DNA of 63,227 nt, filler included, from Salisapilia sapeloensis CBS 127946 (lineage: Eukaryota > Protista > Oomycota): the NCBI GenBank assembly GCA_023334545.1. It is 9 parts of 9 records of this genome, joined end to end, with 100 filler letters (N's around TTAATTAATTAA, not from the genome) between each part and the next. Parts side by side here need not be neighbours in the genome. Positions count along the whole stretch, not along the records: positions 30,389 to 34,215 come from JAADVB010000719.1; positions 34,316 to 36,867 come from JAADVB010000879.1; positions 36,968 to 44,766 come from JAADVB010000508.1; 6 more parts are not named here. One strand, written 5' to 3'. The position numbers and the translations under genes are program-made. Shown piece by piece: positions 32,179-43,772 of the stretch (position 1 is the stretch's first letter; every line of letters begins with the position of its first letter). The notes below the pieces were generated by a model. It made no database searches. It was not told where the DNA came from and saw nothing but the letters and a program-made list of their open reading frames with translations.

Positions 32179-33244
32179 TCCTGATACACGCACTTGGTGC
32201 TCAGAATGTGCAGTCGACTTCCTCCTATCTAATACAACTCTCCTTTCTACAATCTCTAAAGTTGTGTCACGAAACGTCTGTAGTGCAGTGTAAGTTACGC
32301 TAACCATGCGAGCTATTCATGGCAAATGTACATCGATTCCGATAGTAGTCGAAACTTTTATACCTGATCGAAGGAATGCAATTGTGAGCACAGGCATTCC
32401 ACGATAGTGCTTGGTGGGATCCATAAGATGTATACGAAAAAATGCTACAAGCTCTAGCACACAGTAAACGAATGCTGCTTACAGAAATGGTAACCTGGCA
32501 CTAGTAGTAACTGAAGCTGAGACAGCAAGCATGTAAATGCAAAAGAGACACCAGTAGTACTGCGTGTAGAGAATATTCTGCCACATCTGTGGGTGCAACA
32601 AGAAAGCGCAGATCTACGCAGTAGAGAAGTCTATGCATTATCACAGGAATGATAGTACTCTGTAGATGCTCTTCCAAAAGTTCTTTATCGTCTACTTCCT
32701 ACTCCTCTTTTCGCTTTTAATTCGGCATATTAGCAACATCGGATGTCGGATACGCCACCAAAAAAGCTACTTCGATAGCTCAACAGCGTTCGCATTACAT
32801 TTGGATCTCGTCTTATCCGAGACCAATCGAGTCTCACAAAGTATCAGACTTTACGTCGCAATAGAAGCTACGTTTTGTAGCAGTGAACGGCCCTAATTAC
32901 TTCCCGTTCAATGGCGATAAAGCCGATCGCTCATATTGAACCTCTTCGAATACATTTATCTGCCTGCTTTTAAATACGCTATAGCCACCCAAACCGAAAA
33001 GAGCAAAAGTTTACCTGACCTTACTGCCTAATACCAATTACTAGTCGGCCACACATTGCTTGTCTATCTCATCTGATACCGAACCTAGTTCACCTACTCT
33101 CCTATCTATAGCTTTGATTTCGCGTCAACACGTACATGCCCTCTTCCTGAAGACGACCTTTGACTGATACGTCAAGCAACACAATACTTCCAAACTTTGT
33201 TGACTGCAAAATGATATATTGTAGTCTATTAGATGATTGCTTAG

Positions 33245-34157
33245 TTACAAGGCGCGGCGCATCATGCTAATGGCGGCCGCCGCCAGTGTTCCCGACAATA
33301 CAGCTCGCAATTTATCTTCAGGCACTTGATGTGTGACGTACTTGGAGGTACCATACACAGCAACAACTAGTGCACTTCCCAACGCGACAGACGTAGGCAC
33401 GTGTATCGCCTTCGCCTTGACGTTGTAAAAGGTGCTTGTAGCAGCCGTCGGGACAATAGACAGCAGCGATGTTCCGATCACCGTCTCCTGCGGGAGATCA
33501 CTTGCAGCTGTTAAGTACCCTGTAAGCAAGATACCACCCCCCAAGCCGCACAATCCACTGATGAACCCAGCGCCAACACCAGCCAGGAGGTACTTTGCAT
33601 TCGCCTGTAAGGCATCAAAAGGTCGTTCGGCCAAGTCACTCAGGTATAAAGGTCGAGTATCCTCCTTGGAATAGATCGGACTGTCGTCTAGCGTGTAGAA
33701 TTCCAAGTCCAGATCGTTTCTGTTTCCATGGTTCCGCAGTTTCTTGAGCCAGTCGCTGTTTTTGACGTAGATAAGAGGAGAACTGAGCAGCATAGCACTT
33801 CCGACGACGATCGATAGTTTTTTACTACTCATCTTTTGAGCTGTCTGGACGCCGATTTTGCTAAAGATGACGGCTGGAACGGTTGTCAGCATCGCTAATG
33901 GCCAGTTGCAATGATTTGTCTGGAGGTAGTTGTACGCGCCGACGCCAGAGCTCATTACAACAGCACCAAGTGAAGTGCCATTGATAGTCTGCTGAGGCAG
34001 CTTGGTGAATCGAGCAAGAGCCTGTATAAACGCAGTTGTGATCAGCCTCTGATTTAGCGCAACATGAACAGAAGATGAGTAAATTGAAAACGTACAGGTA
34101 TGAGAATGATGCCACCACCAACGCCAGTCAGAGCCGATATTAGTCCAGCGAAACCAC
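33245..34157 (-). CDS. TauE/SafE (DUF81) family membrane protein, copy 2 (5'-truncated)
   Basis: Exons 34157-34096 and 34021-33245. It has the same 74-nt intron position and motifs as copy 1; body identity is roughly 60% by eye. Confidence 0.85.
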
Positions 34158-34215
34158 CTAGTTCCACACGTACGCGTTAGAGGCATCACCGAAGTCGCTC
34201 TGGAGAGGAAGACTA
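34075..34215 (-). repeat. 141-bp perfect inverted repeat, right copy
   Basis: Reverse complement of 30389..30529. Confidence 0.95.
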
Positions 34216-34315
34216 NNNNNNNNNNNNNNNNNNNNNNNNNNNNNNNNNNNNNNNNNNNNTTAATTAATTAANNNNNNNNNNNNNNNNNNNNNNNNNNNNN
34301 NNNNNNNNNNNNNNN
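34216..34315. other. Artificial contig spacer
   Basis: 44 N + TTAATTAATTAA + 44 N. Confidence 0.98.
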
Positions 34316-36158
34316 AGCACTGGCAAGCTGTTCCGCCCAATTGAACTTGAACGTAAAGTCGACTCCTATTGGAAGACATCGATGCATATTTCAAGGTGAA
34401 ATTATTGACAACTGGAAGATAGACTAGCGAATACTGGAAATTGAATAGTAATGTACGTACCAAAGTGCATCAGAGTGAAGCTAAGGACATACGTCACGAA
34501 CAGGATCATGTGACCTTGTATCTGGCAACTTTCATTCTCCAGCACATACGCGAGTTGATGTACTGGTGAAAAGTTAAACCGATTCTTCAAAAGGTAATGG
34601 AGAAATACCAGTGATAGCACTTCCAGTAAGATGAAGACCGAAAGATTGGTCACTACCATTGGCAAGCTCTCGCTTGTAAGGTTGCGCGAGTGCTCGTAGT
34701 AAACAGCGTTCGGGAGGTGATAAAGAGCCATCAGATACACAAGATACAAAACCGGAAGTACGATTTCGCAGTACTCGGAAAGGAGACAATACTCTACATG
34801 AAACAAGAGCTTCAAAGCTTCGCCTACGACAAGATCGTCTCGTGCATGGCTTGCATTCTTTCCAGTCACTTTAGAAGTGATAACATTCGTTAAAGACCGA
34901 TCAGCACCTATCTTCACTATAGGGCCTGTCAGCGATTCACCTTGATAAGCGACAACTTGATTCACTTTAATCTTAGCTTTACTTGCGGGTAAGTTTAGAG
35001 GCAATGGTCCAGTCTTAAGAGAGCCAAATAAGGTAGGTCTCGCAGCTCTTATCTCTGATTTCGACTTCATCTCATTCGGGAGTATCCTCTTCTTTACTTT
35101 AGATTTGTAAATTAGCTTTATCACAGTTTCCAGCAAGTCTTTTCCTGAAGAGGAAGTTGTTTTTAATCTCTTCATCTCAGTGAGCAACGCTTTGCTATCA
35201 TGCTGCATTTCCAGCAAAGAACAAATAATCTGTGCAGCATCGATGACAATGATGGCAATAGATGTTGCGATGCTTTGTGCTGTCTGCATAGAAATAGAGA
35301 CGAAGAGAGCATTAAACACCTGCGCATCTAAGATTAGCATACTATATCAAATAAATAATAGAATTGATCAAGTAGATTCACCTCCACACAGAAGATAGTG
35401 AATTCTGGGATAGTTTCTTGTCTGTGAGAAAGTGTCCATGCATAAACATTCTTCATGAAAATCTTAAGCACTGGTAAAAGAGGTACTGCAAAAACTTGTT
35501 GCGACGATGTCAGTAGTTGGAACATGGCAATGAATCCAACATACATAACCACAGTACAGACATGAAGTGCGAAGACACAGGCTTCCCGCCATAAGATCCT
35601 TATGTCTTCTGGGGAGTTTCGAATACTTTGCCAATCCGAAAACGACACTAAAAGCAAAATGTACGTCCCAGTAAACGGGAATGCAATGAACATGATCCCG
35701 AAAGGAAATGGATATATCCAGCGAGCAGCGGCTAGGACGTAAACGCCAGTTGCTGTAGAGCTGGTTCCCAAAGTTAGCAGAACGACTTGCCAGCGGTTCA
35801 TACGTAAGATTGGGAGCAAAGGTGCAAGCTGAAGGGTAAAACCGATCGAAATGGAGGTCGCAAGGATAAAGTAGCGAATCCAAATCCCAGTATTTTCATT
35901 CCAAGCTTTAAGTGGAGAAGCTAGAGGGATCATATCGATGCCAATCGCTGCGATCAAAGCCGAGAGTGGGGTAAGGAGGCAAACGAAGAGGACACGTACA
36001 GAAGATGCTTTTTCGCAATACTCTTGAAAAGATTGCAACCTCTCAATTGTGTACGCTCCTTTGTTGTAGACTTGAATCTTGAGGTACAGTCTGACTAGCC
36101 AATTGGTCTTGGACAAGATCACTGAGCGAGCATAACCTATACTATTGTCGATGAACAT
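34316..36158 (-). CDS. Uncharacterised oomycete multi-pass membrane protein (family copy 1), 3 exons, 3'-truncated
   Basis: Exons 36158-35382, 35319-34461 and 34365-34316. Motifs GAYTIERL..F.EYC, VE|VFNALF..MQ, HLPNAVYY and MHFG|VDFTF are shared with 59530..61467. Confidence 0.8.
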
Positions 36159-36669
36159 TGACAGCTTTGATACCAAATGCTTGACCTCGCTTGGTATAAA
36201 GCTTTCGTGGTGACTTTTTCTATATTGCTATTCATAGCTTCCCTATTACGAGATATGTTATTAAGCAACCTATCTTCAAAAATATCACCGCCGGTGAGTT
36301 TTCATCGCGATTCCGATCCATAGTTAGCGTTCTACAGTAGTAATGACCTAGGCAATATCCGCTAAATACATCCCGGATAATACATGTCGTGCCATTAGGC
36401 ATCCGTATGATTGAGGATGGCGAAGGATAGCTCGAATCTATCATCCCTTCAGAAGATGCTCCTAGTACTTCAAGGTACGCAATGAAGGTTTCTTAGCACG
36501 GTCAACATTAGAGTGGCAGCCCCAAATTATTGCATTGTCACATTACCAGTAACCCAAGCCTTATGGATGCACCTGCAGCGTGGAAACCGCTTATAAACAT
36601 CATTCCTGGTTAATTGGAATGAGTGAAAAGTTATTAAGGACATATTGAGTAATGCCACTGAGACTTTAA

Positions 36670-36867
36670 TGTACCTTTGGGGATGCGTTCATCACTGCTA
36701 CGTCGCTGCTGCTCATCTTGCTGCTAATTACAATTGCAGCGGACGATATCGTCTTTCGGATTTGGACGGAGGACGAAGAAGTCTTGGCTTTGTGTTCTAC
36801 GGCGCTAGTGGCATTCGGAGTATGCATCGTGGTTGCAATCTGTCGCTTCATGCAGTCCGGAGCGATG
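36670..36867 (+). pseudogene. Hydrophobic coding-like fragment, possibly MATE-transporter-related
   Basis: Reads DAFITATSLLLILLLITIAADDIVFRIWTEDEEVLALCSTALVAF, resembling the MATE IxxxFTxDxEV motif. There is an in-frame stop just upstream and no clear acceptor. Confidence 0.3.
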
Positions 36868-36967
36868 NNNNNNNNNNNNNNNNNNNNNNNNNNNNNNNNN
36901 NNNNNNNNNNNTTAATTAATTAANNNNNNNNNNNNNNNNNNNNNNNNNNNNNNNNNNNNNNNNNNNN
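36868..36967. other. Artificial contig spacer
   Basis: 44 N + TTAATTAATTAA + 44 N. Confidence 0.98.
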
Positions 36968-37108
36968 CTGCACATCCTTTTACTATAGATACACCTACTT
37001 TAGCAGAAAGGACACTCAACTTAGCTCATCTAATCTGGATACGAACAACATACCGACACAATCAGTCAACAATAAAAGCAACCTAAACAAGTGACACACC
37101 CCGTGACA
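36968..37108 (-). repeat. 3' LTR, first 141 bp
   Basis: Starts TGTCACGGGG on the minus strand immediately after a polypurine tract. Confidence 0.75.
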
Positions 37109-37120
37109 CCACCCCCCTCT
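37109..37120 (-). promoter_or_regulatory. Polypurine tract (plus-strand primer) of the retrotransposon
   Basis: AGAGGGGGGTGG directly abuts the LTR TG. Confidence 0.75.
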
Positions 37121-37353
37121 AAAACTGCGAACACACCCACAAGCAAGCTAAGGTATCCTCTGGCTTGTGTACCTTTCTTCTTAGTTGCCAAGTAGTCGTC
37201 ACCAATATCCGTTGGTGACTTTGGATCTTTGCGAGGCAACACATTCAGTGAGAAACTTGATATCGGCAGACCGGCAATATTGCAGGCGCGGTCACCACCG
37301 CGCCACATCCTCATTTCTTCACTTTCCTCGGCAAAAACATCCTCGTCATCGAT

Positions 37354-38886
37354 ATGGACAACTCCATGACTTCTTCATCAATGTCAACATCATCAGCAAA
37401 TCTATCATCGCACGCACCCGCTTCAACGAACACGGATGTGATCATGACTTCACCGCCGACTTCAATGCGCACGACAGTCTCGGGACCCAATCCCTAGACG
37501 ACTCGATCCACGCTTAACACTGGGGAATATGAAGGGAGAGCTGCGGCGCCGACAACATCGGCGCCTTCATCATCTGCATCGGTTCAAGCAACACCACCCT
37601 CTTCAAACCGTTCAAGAGTCGGTGGACAGCGTTTACCATATCATCGTGTCATGGAAGGCACGCTAGATTTGTATGAACTGACGGGCGTAGCAAATGCCCG
37701 TCCGCTTGACGAGATGAACGATCTCTTCAGACGATTCCGCCAAAGACGTGGAAAGTCCATGTCAGTCAAGACGGCAAGTCTTCGACAATCATGGAATGCC
37801 TTTATTAAACGGTTCAATTATGAACCCGACTTTGAAGCGGTGCACAACGAGTATGAGACATCGCGCGACCGTCGGGCAATTGGTCCGTTACGTGACCGAT
37901 GTCATGAACAGTGTGATGGAGAACAGCGAACCTGCTATTCGCGTGTTGTCATGGGCTGTTATCGGTGTGAAGACGTCGATCTTCGGCGTCGGACTTTGGA
38001 AGACTGGGAAGAAGAAATACGGTTATACCCATTGGACACACACTTGCAGGCAAGTGTTACTCGTTTGAGCCGTGCTCTCCATGAGGCTCGCACCTGGGCG
38101 CCGCTCCGGCGGCGCCGTTCTCGATCTCGTAGTCCCGAACAACGTCCGGGACATCCTCTTGAAGTGAACTATGCGGCTCCCACGTATCGTGGCTCGGACC
38201 GAAACCGAGCCAGCGCACCCTATAGTAGCGAGAGGTCGTCGATTCTGCGTTCACGAGATGGCCGGACACGCCATCGCGAACCGTACGACGATTACGACCC
38301 TCGCCGTGACGACGATCGACCTTACGATCGTTACCTCCGGTACGACGATCCTCGTGGTCGACAATACGATCCACAATCCATCGACGTTCACCATTCCCAT
38401 CAAGGATCGGAGGTGGACCACTGCGCTCGAAGACGCGGCGATCACTATCAGCCGCGTCCTTCCTCTGGCGGATATCGGACGACCCAGTCGTCTCATGGCC
38501 CACGTGTCCACGATCATCCGCAAAGCTCCTAAGATCCGAATTCTCAGACGCCACCCCCTGTGGCGTCGACAGCGATGGCTCCAACAATTGGCGCCGCTGG
38601 TCAGGGTCAGACCGAAGAACCTCTGGTTCGTCCGATGGGTCTGTCGGAGATTGTGAACGAAGCGGATAATCGTACACGCGACGCTGAAGCATTGGCCTAC
38701 GACCTTGACAGTCGTGACAAATTTCGCAAGGCTGAGATTCAGGGGCTCCGTCAACAGATTCGGGTGTACCGGAACAACCAAAGTCAGACGAATGACAACG
38801 TTCGTGAGTTGCGGGAGCAACTGGCGAAGTTAAGGGAGGAGCTTCGGAGTCGTGGGTCACCCCACGACGGGTCAGGGAAGAGGTGA
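37354..38886 (+). pseudogene. Antisense additional ORF of the retrotransposon (~510 codons, two in-frame nonsense codons)
   Basis: One frame runs from ATG 37354 to TGA 38886, interrupted only by TAG 37495-37497 and TAA 38530-38532. It joins track ORFs 37651..38532 and 38560..38886. Confidence 0.6.
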
Positions 38887-39820
38887 CCGCGGAAGGGCTA
38901 GATGCCGGCTCATACCGTTTTAATCGACTTACATAAAAGGTCGGATGCAAGCGTATTGATGATGGTAGGCTCAACGTGTACGCTGAGCCCTGCCCTGCAG
39001 TCACTTTAAACGGTCCAATATATCGAGCGTTGGTCTTTGTCGACTCTGTCTGTCCTAGTGCTTGTGGTGGAAGTCCTGCTGTAGATAGCAGGACTGCATC
39101 GCCGGGTCGAAACGACTCAGTGGCCCGGCAGCCATGTCGATCGGCATTCTCATTTTGGCGATCGACTGCAGACGCCACTGCGTCTCTCACATAGCGAAGG
39201 GCTCCTTGTCGCGACTCAATCGCGACGTCAGCTTTTCTCGTGCCGTAATTATCTCGTTCGGGTGATAAAGATTCAAAGTTACCCAGTGATGACTCGTCCA
39301 TCACTTTTATTTCTTCCGTGGCGTGGTACGGGACCACGCCACGTGCGGACGTTTTGTTGGACTCCGCTAAGTCCACTCGAGATGATTGCCCCGTAGCAAC
39401 TCGGGTTTTGGGTGTCACAAGCCTCGACCCTTTCGATGCTCCTAAAACGACATCTCGGTATGATCTGGATGGGCTATCCAAAGACACGGCCTTTCCGTGT
39501 CCCTCATAACGCACACTACGTGTGATTGATTCTGCCTCATCTATCTTGTCATCACTGGACCGATCAGTGATGTCTTTTGCACTCAGAGCTGCCTCGCTCA
39601 AGATGACGCTCTCGTCATCTTCTCTCGTGTCACCTCGTGTGACTGTTCGCGACGCATTAGTTTTCCAGTTCTGTAGTCGACACGGTCTGCGTTCCGCCGC
39701 CGCTCTTGAAGTCACCGACACGTCCAGTGACTTGTGAACTACGTGTTCTGACGTGTTTTTTCCTCGCATAAGGTGGCTTCTCACTGTCACTCTCATAGAT
39801 ACCAGTCCGTCTGGTATCAT
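38057..39820 (-). pseudogene. Pol C-terminus: integrase GPF/Y module and chromodomain
   Basis: FRPGDAVLLST..RYIGPFKV..YTLSLP..LHPTFYVSRLK; chromodomain WIVDRIVDHE..YRVRWLGFGPSHDTWEP at about 38120-38385. Confidence 0.9.
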
Positions 39821-40950
39821 CCGCTATCCTGCTACGATTCGCACTTTCGTACGCCTCAATTGCGTCGATGCTCTTCACTTGTGTATCGTCAACAAGAGCG
39901 GAATTTTCTTTCTCGGCGTCATTACGCTCATTGGGGAATTGCATGCCGTACGCGCGTGTAGATCTCTTCCTGTTGGCTCTCGTGCCGTCGGACACATTGC
40001 CAGCCCGTCTGGCAATTGAGGATTCTGCATTAAGCGGTATTGTCGAAGCAGATTGCGTCACAGAATATGTCGCCTGTGTAGAAGCGTCAGCAGGTGACGT
40101 CGGCGGTTCCGACGTCCGCTGTTGACCCACAGACTGATTCGACGACGACGTCGCTGTTTGCGACGTCTCTCTCCCTTCTAAATGAGAGCCACGCATGTTC
40201 GGTATTCCGAGCACGGATGGAACGCGCGGGTGACGCGCGTTATTCACAAAGAATGGAGTCACACCATTAGAGGAATGCGGGCTGTTGTTCATTGCAAACT
40301 CGGCCATGGGGAGTAACTCACTCCATGACTCGTAACTGGCGGTGTAACTACGCAAGATATCTTCCAGTGTGCGATTTACACGTTCCGTTTGCCCATCTGT
40401 CTCGGGATGGGCCGCCGTGGACATATCCAGGCGAGTACCGAGGCGTCGGAATAACCGACGCCAAAACGAAGACGTAAATCGTGGATCACGGTCCGAGACA
40501 ATGCTCTCGGGCAAGCCGTGATGTCGGAAGACGACGTCCAGAAAGATCTCAGCAGACTCTTCCGCTGAGACCGTCGCCTTCATCGGTGCAAGGTGAACCA
40601 TCTTGCTGAAGCGGTCAACGAATATCAAAACACTCGTGCGACCATACTTGTCCGCGGGTAATCCGAAAGTGAAGTCCATGCTAACGGACTGCCAAACGTC
40701 ATTAGGTACTAGCAGTGGCTGCAGAGGCGCCTGCTTCACAGGCGCCGACTTCACTTTTTGACAAGTCTCGCACGTTCGCACCCATTTGCGAACCCACTTG
40801 GACATATGTGGCCAATATAAATCACGAGACATAATATAATATGTCTTTTCTCGCCCAAAGTGACCAGCAGTAGGTGAATCATGGAACTCGTGAATAATGC
40901 GAGCTCTGAGGTCGTTATCGTTTGGAATGACGACTCGTGGAGTATCAAGT
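39657..40950 (-). pseudogene. Integrase zinc finger and catalytic core (frameshifted from RNase H near 40955)
   Basis: HDSPTAGHFGREKT, CETCQK, SVSMDF, IVSDRDPRF and GQTERVNR. Confidence 0.9.
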
Positions 40951-42810
40951 TGATAATGCGATAGTACAGCAAATTATCCTGTACTGAATAGCGAGAAAGA
41001 CGCGAGTTGACTCGCGCCGAAAGCTTCTTCTTAGCTACCTCACTAGGTGCTTTCAAGTATCGCATGATGGGCGAACAAAATTCATCCTCGTCATACGCCT
41101 GTCGTATATCGTCAAATAGAGGAAGACGCGGAGCGACCCGTGTCGCATTGACTGCCTCTGGAGGACACTTTGGAGATGGCGAAGACTCATACTCCTCGTC
41201 AGACTTTGGATCGTAATCAGGACGACGACTCAAAGCATCAGCTATGATGTTCATCTTGCCCGGTTTGTAGAAAACTACAAAATTGTATTGTGAGAAGAAC
41301 GAAAGCCATCTAACCATTCGATCACTAAGGTGCGGAGACTTAGTCGCTGTTCGCAGCGACGCGTGATCCGTATAGATGACGAGTCTCTCTTCACCTAAGA
41401 GATAGACGCGAAAATTTGTCAATGCATAGCGCATAGCTAGGAGTTCCTTATCATGAACCGGGTAGTTGCGTTCAGCCGGCTTCATCTGTCGTGATTGGTA
41501 ACTCACGACTCGTTCCTGCCCCTGTTCATCGTGTTGCATTAAAGCACAACCGATGGCAAAATTGCTGGCATCACAAACGACATGAAACGGCTTTTCATAG
41601 TCAGGCAACGTCAACACCGGTGCCTCCTGTAGACTCTTTTTAACAGCGTCAAATGCGCTTTGATGCTTCGATGTCCAAACCCACTCAACATCTTTCTCCA
41701 GCAGCTGCGTAAGCGGTTGCACCAGGGCTGCGTAATTCTTCGTGTACTTATGAAGATAATTCGCCAAGCCCATCCATTGGCGAAGAGCCTTAGGTGTTTT
41801 AGGCACAGGCCAATCACAAATGGTAGTAACCTTTTCTGGATCAGGGCGACAACTGTTCCTACTTACGTAGCAACCGAGCACCGGTATCTCCGGTGCGCAG
41901 AAGACGCACTTCTTGAGGCGAGGATAGAGCTTGTTCTCACGCATGGCCTGGAACACCTTCCGAAGGTGTATAAGATGCACGTCCACTTTGGAATGTGTCT
42001 TCGTCTTTTGACTATGCACGAAAATGTCATCAAAATAACATGGAGCGAAGTCACGGTGTGGTCGCAAGACCTGAGAGACGACACGGTTGAAGGGTGCTGG
42101 GGCGTTCTTCAATCCCATAGGCATGACTAACCACTCCCAGAGCATGCCACTGGGTGTACTAACTGCAGTAAGTGGGATATCGCTTTCCCGCATGAGGACT
42201 TGATAGAAACGGTCCATCAAGTCGATCGTACTGAAGATCGTACTACCTGACATGGCGTCTAGGATCATGACTTTACGAGGGATTGGTGTCTGAGCGGGTA
42301 CAGTAGCATCATTAAGCTTATTGTACGCATGCACGATGCGCCACCCGCCAGTAGACTTTTTGACGCAGAAGGTTGGAGTTGAGTGGGGAGAAGAACTCTC
42401 GTGTACATGGCCTGCCTTGCGGCGGCCCTCAAAGAAATCGTCTATCGCTTTGACTTGTTCTCTCGGAAGCGACCACTGCCGCGTCACACAATACTTACTC
42501 CCAGGCATGAGGTCGATCTCGTGCCGCACACCCCGATCGGGTGGTAATTTCTCCGGTACTTGCTCGGGGAATATATCACAAAATTTCCAGGCAAGATCAT
42601 ATACCGGGTTCCCTGAGGCTTTAAGCGCTTCCCAAGATTGTGAATCGAAGCGCTCCTCTTTAGCCGTCTTGGTCGGGACGTCAGCCACTGCTGGTGTCGA
42701 AGGGGATTCCTTGATAGAGCACACTTGCTCGATACCATCACTTCGCAGGCTATCTAGGAATCCTTCAAAACTTATCTCTTTGAGTTCGGTGGTCTCGCTA
42801 GCCAGACGCG
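40951..42810 (-). pseudogene. Reverse transcriptase and RNase H
   Basis: WRIVHAYNKLN, FSTIDL, WLVMPMGLKNAP, YFDDIFV, VCDASNFAIG, DKELLA and YTDHASL. Confidence 0.93.
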
Positions 42811-43770
42811 GGGGGGGTTCTCAATCCGCGTCGTCTTCCTCACTGGGCCTTCTGCCATGTGAGTAATCATCTCAATCTCAATAGCATCGGACACGACATC
42901 GGATCGTGTCGACGCATCTCCCCTGGAAGGGACACCCTTTGTCCTCTTCGTGCTTGACGCTGGCACTCTCTCAACATCACCACGTGTGATGTTCCGTTGC
43001 GTCGAAGCGGGCGACTCTATGGTTGTATCCTCATCTACTTCATCATCTGAAAGAACATCGTATCGGTTCGACGAGTTCTTCCGTAATGCAGAAATAGTAT
43101 CGCGACAATCGCGTGTAATCTTGCCTCTGGTCTTTGATATTGACCGAGACGAGATGGAGGAGACAGTGTTGCTTACAGGGCCATCGCACTCTGCAGAGGC
43201 AGTACTGCCTGATAAAGAAGGCTTGGATGTGTTGACAACCCGAACGTGACGCCACGTCCCTGGCGTCTTGCGAAGCGACGCACAAACCTGATCCACATTC
43301 AGGCCTCGCTTGTTGTGTACGGATCTTGTCAACCAATCGATACTTGGACGGTGACGCCGCAGCCATGACATTCCGAGAATGACATCAAACTTTTGATCGA
43401 GTTCCACTACTAGGAACTCGTCTTCACTCTTATAGCCATCGAAACCGTACGTCACAGTCACCGTCCGCCGCGGGACCTCCCGCAGCTTCCCGTCCGCATA
43501 TCGGAGTGAAATACATCCACTTCCTTCTTTGATGGAAGTGCCTTTCGGCAATAAACGTAAACTCTGTGCACGAACGAAGTTATTCGTCGCGCCAGTGTCT
43601 ACGAGGGCATGAAGCAACCGCTTCATGCCAGCTACATGGAGATCAATGACTAGAAGTCGATTGTCACCACGCATAGTAGTGGCGTATAAACACGCTTGGC
43701 GTGGTTCGAGGCCAGGTGTCTGAGACGCCACATGACTCAGACTACTTCTCTGACAAGTAGGGGGCCTCGG
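42811..43770 (-). pseudogene. Aspartic protease region (separated from RT by a frameshift in a G8 run at 42810-42817)
   Basis: ALVDTGATNNFV and FDVILGMSWL..IDW. Confidence 0.9.
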
Positions 43771-43772
43771 AC

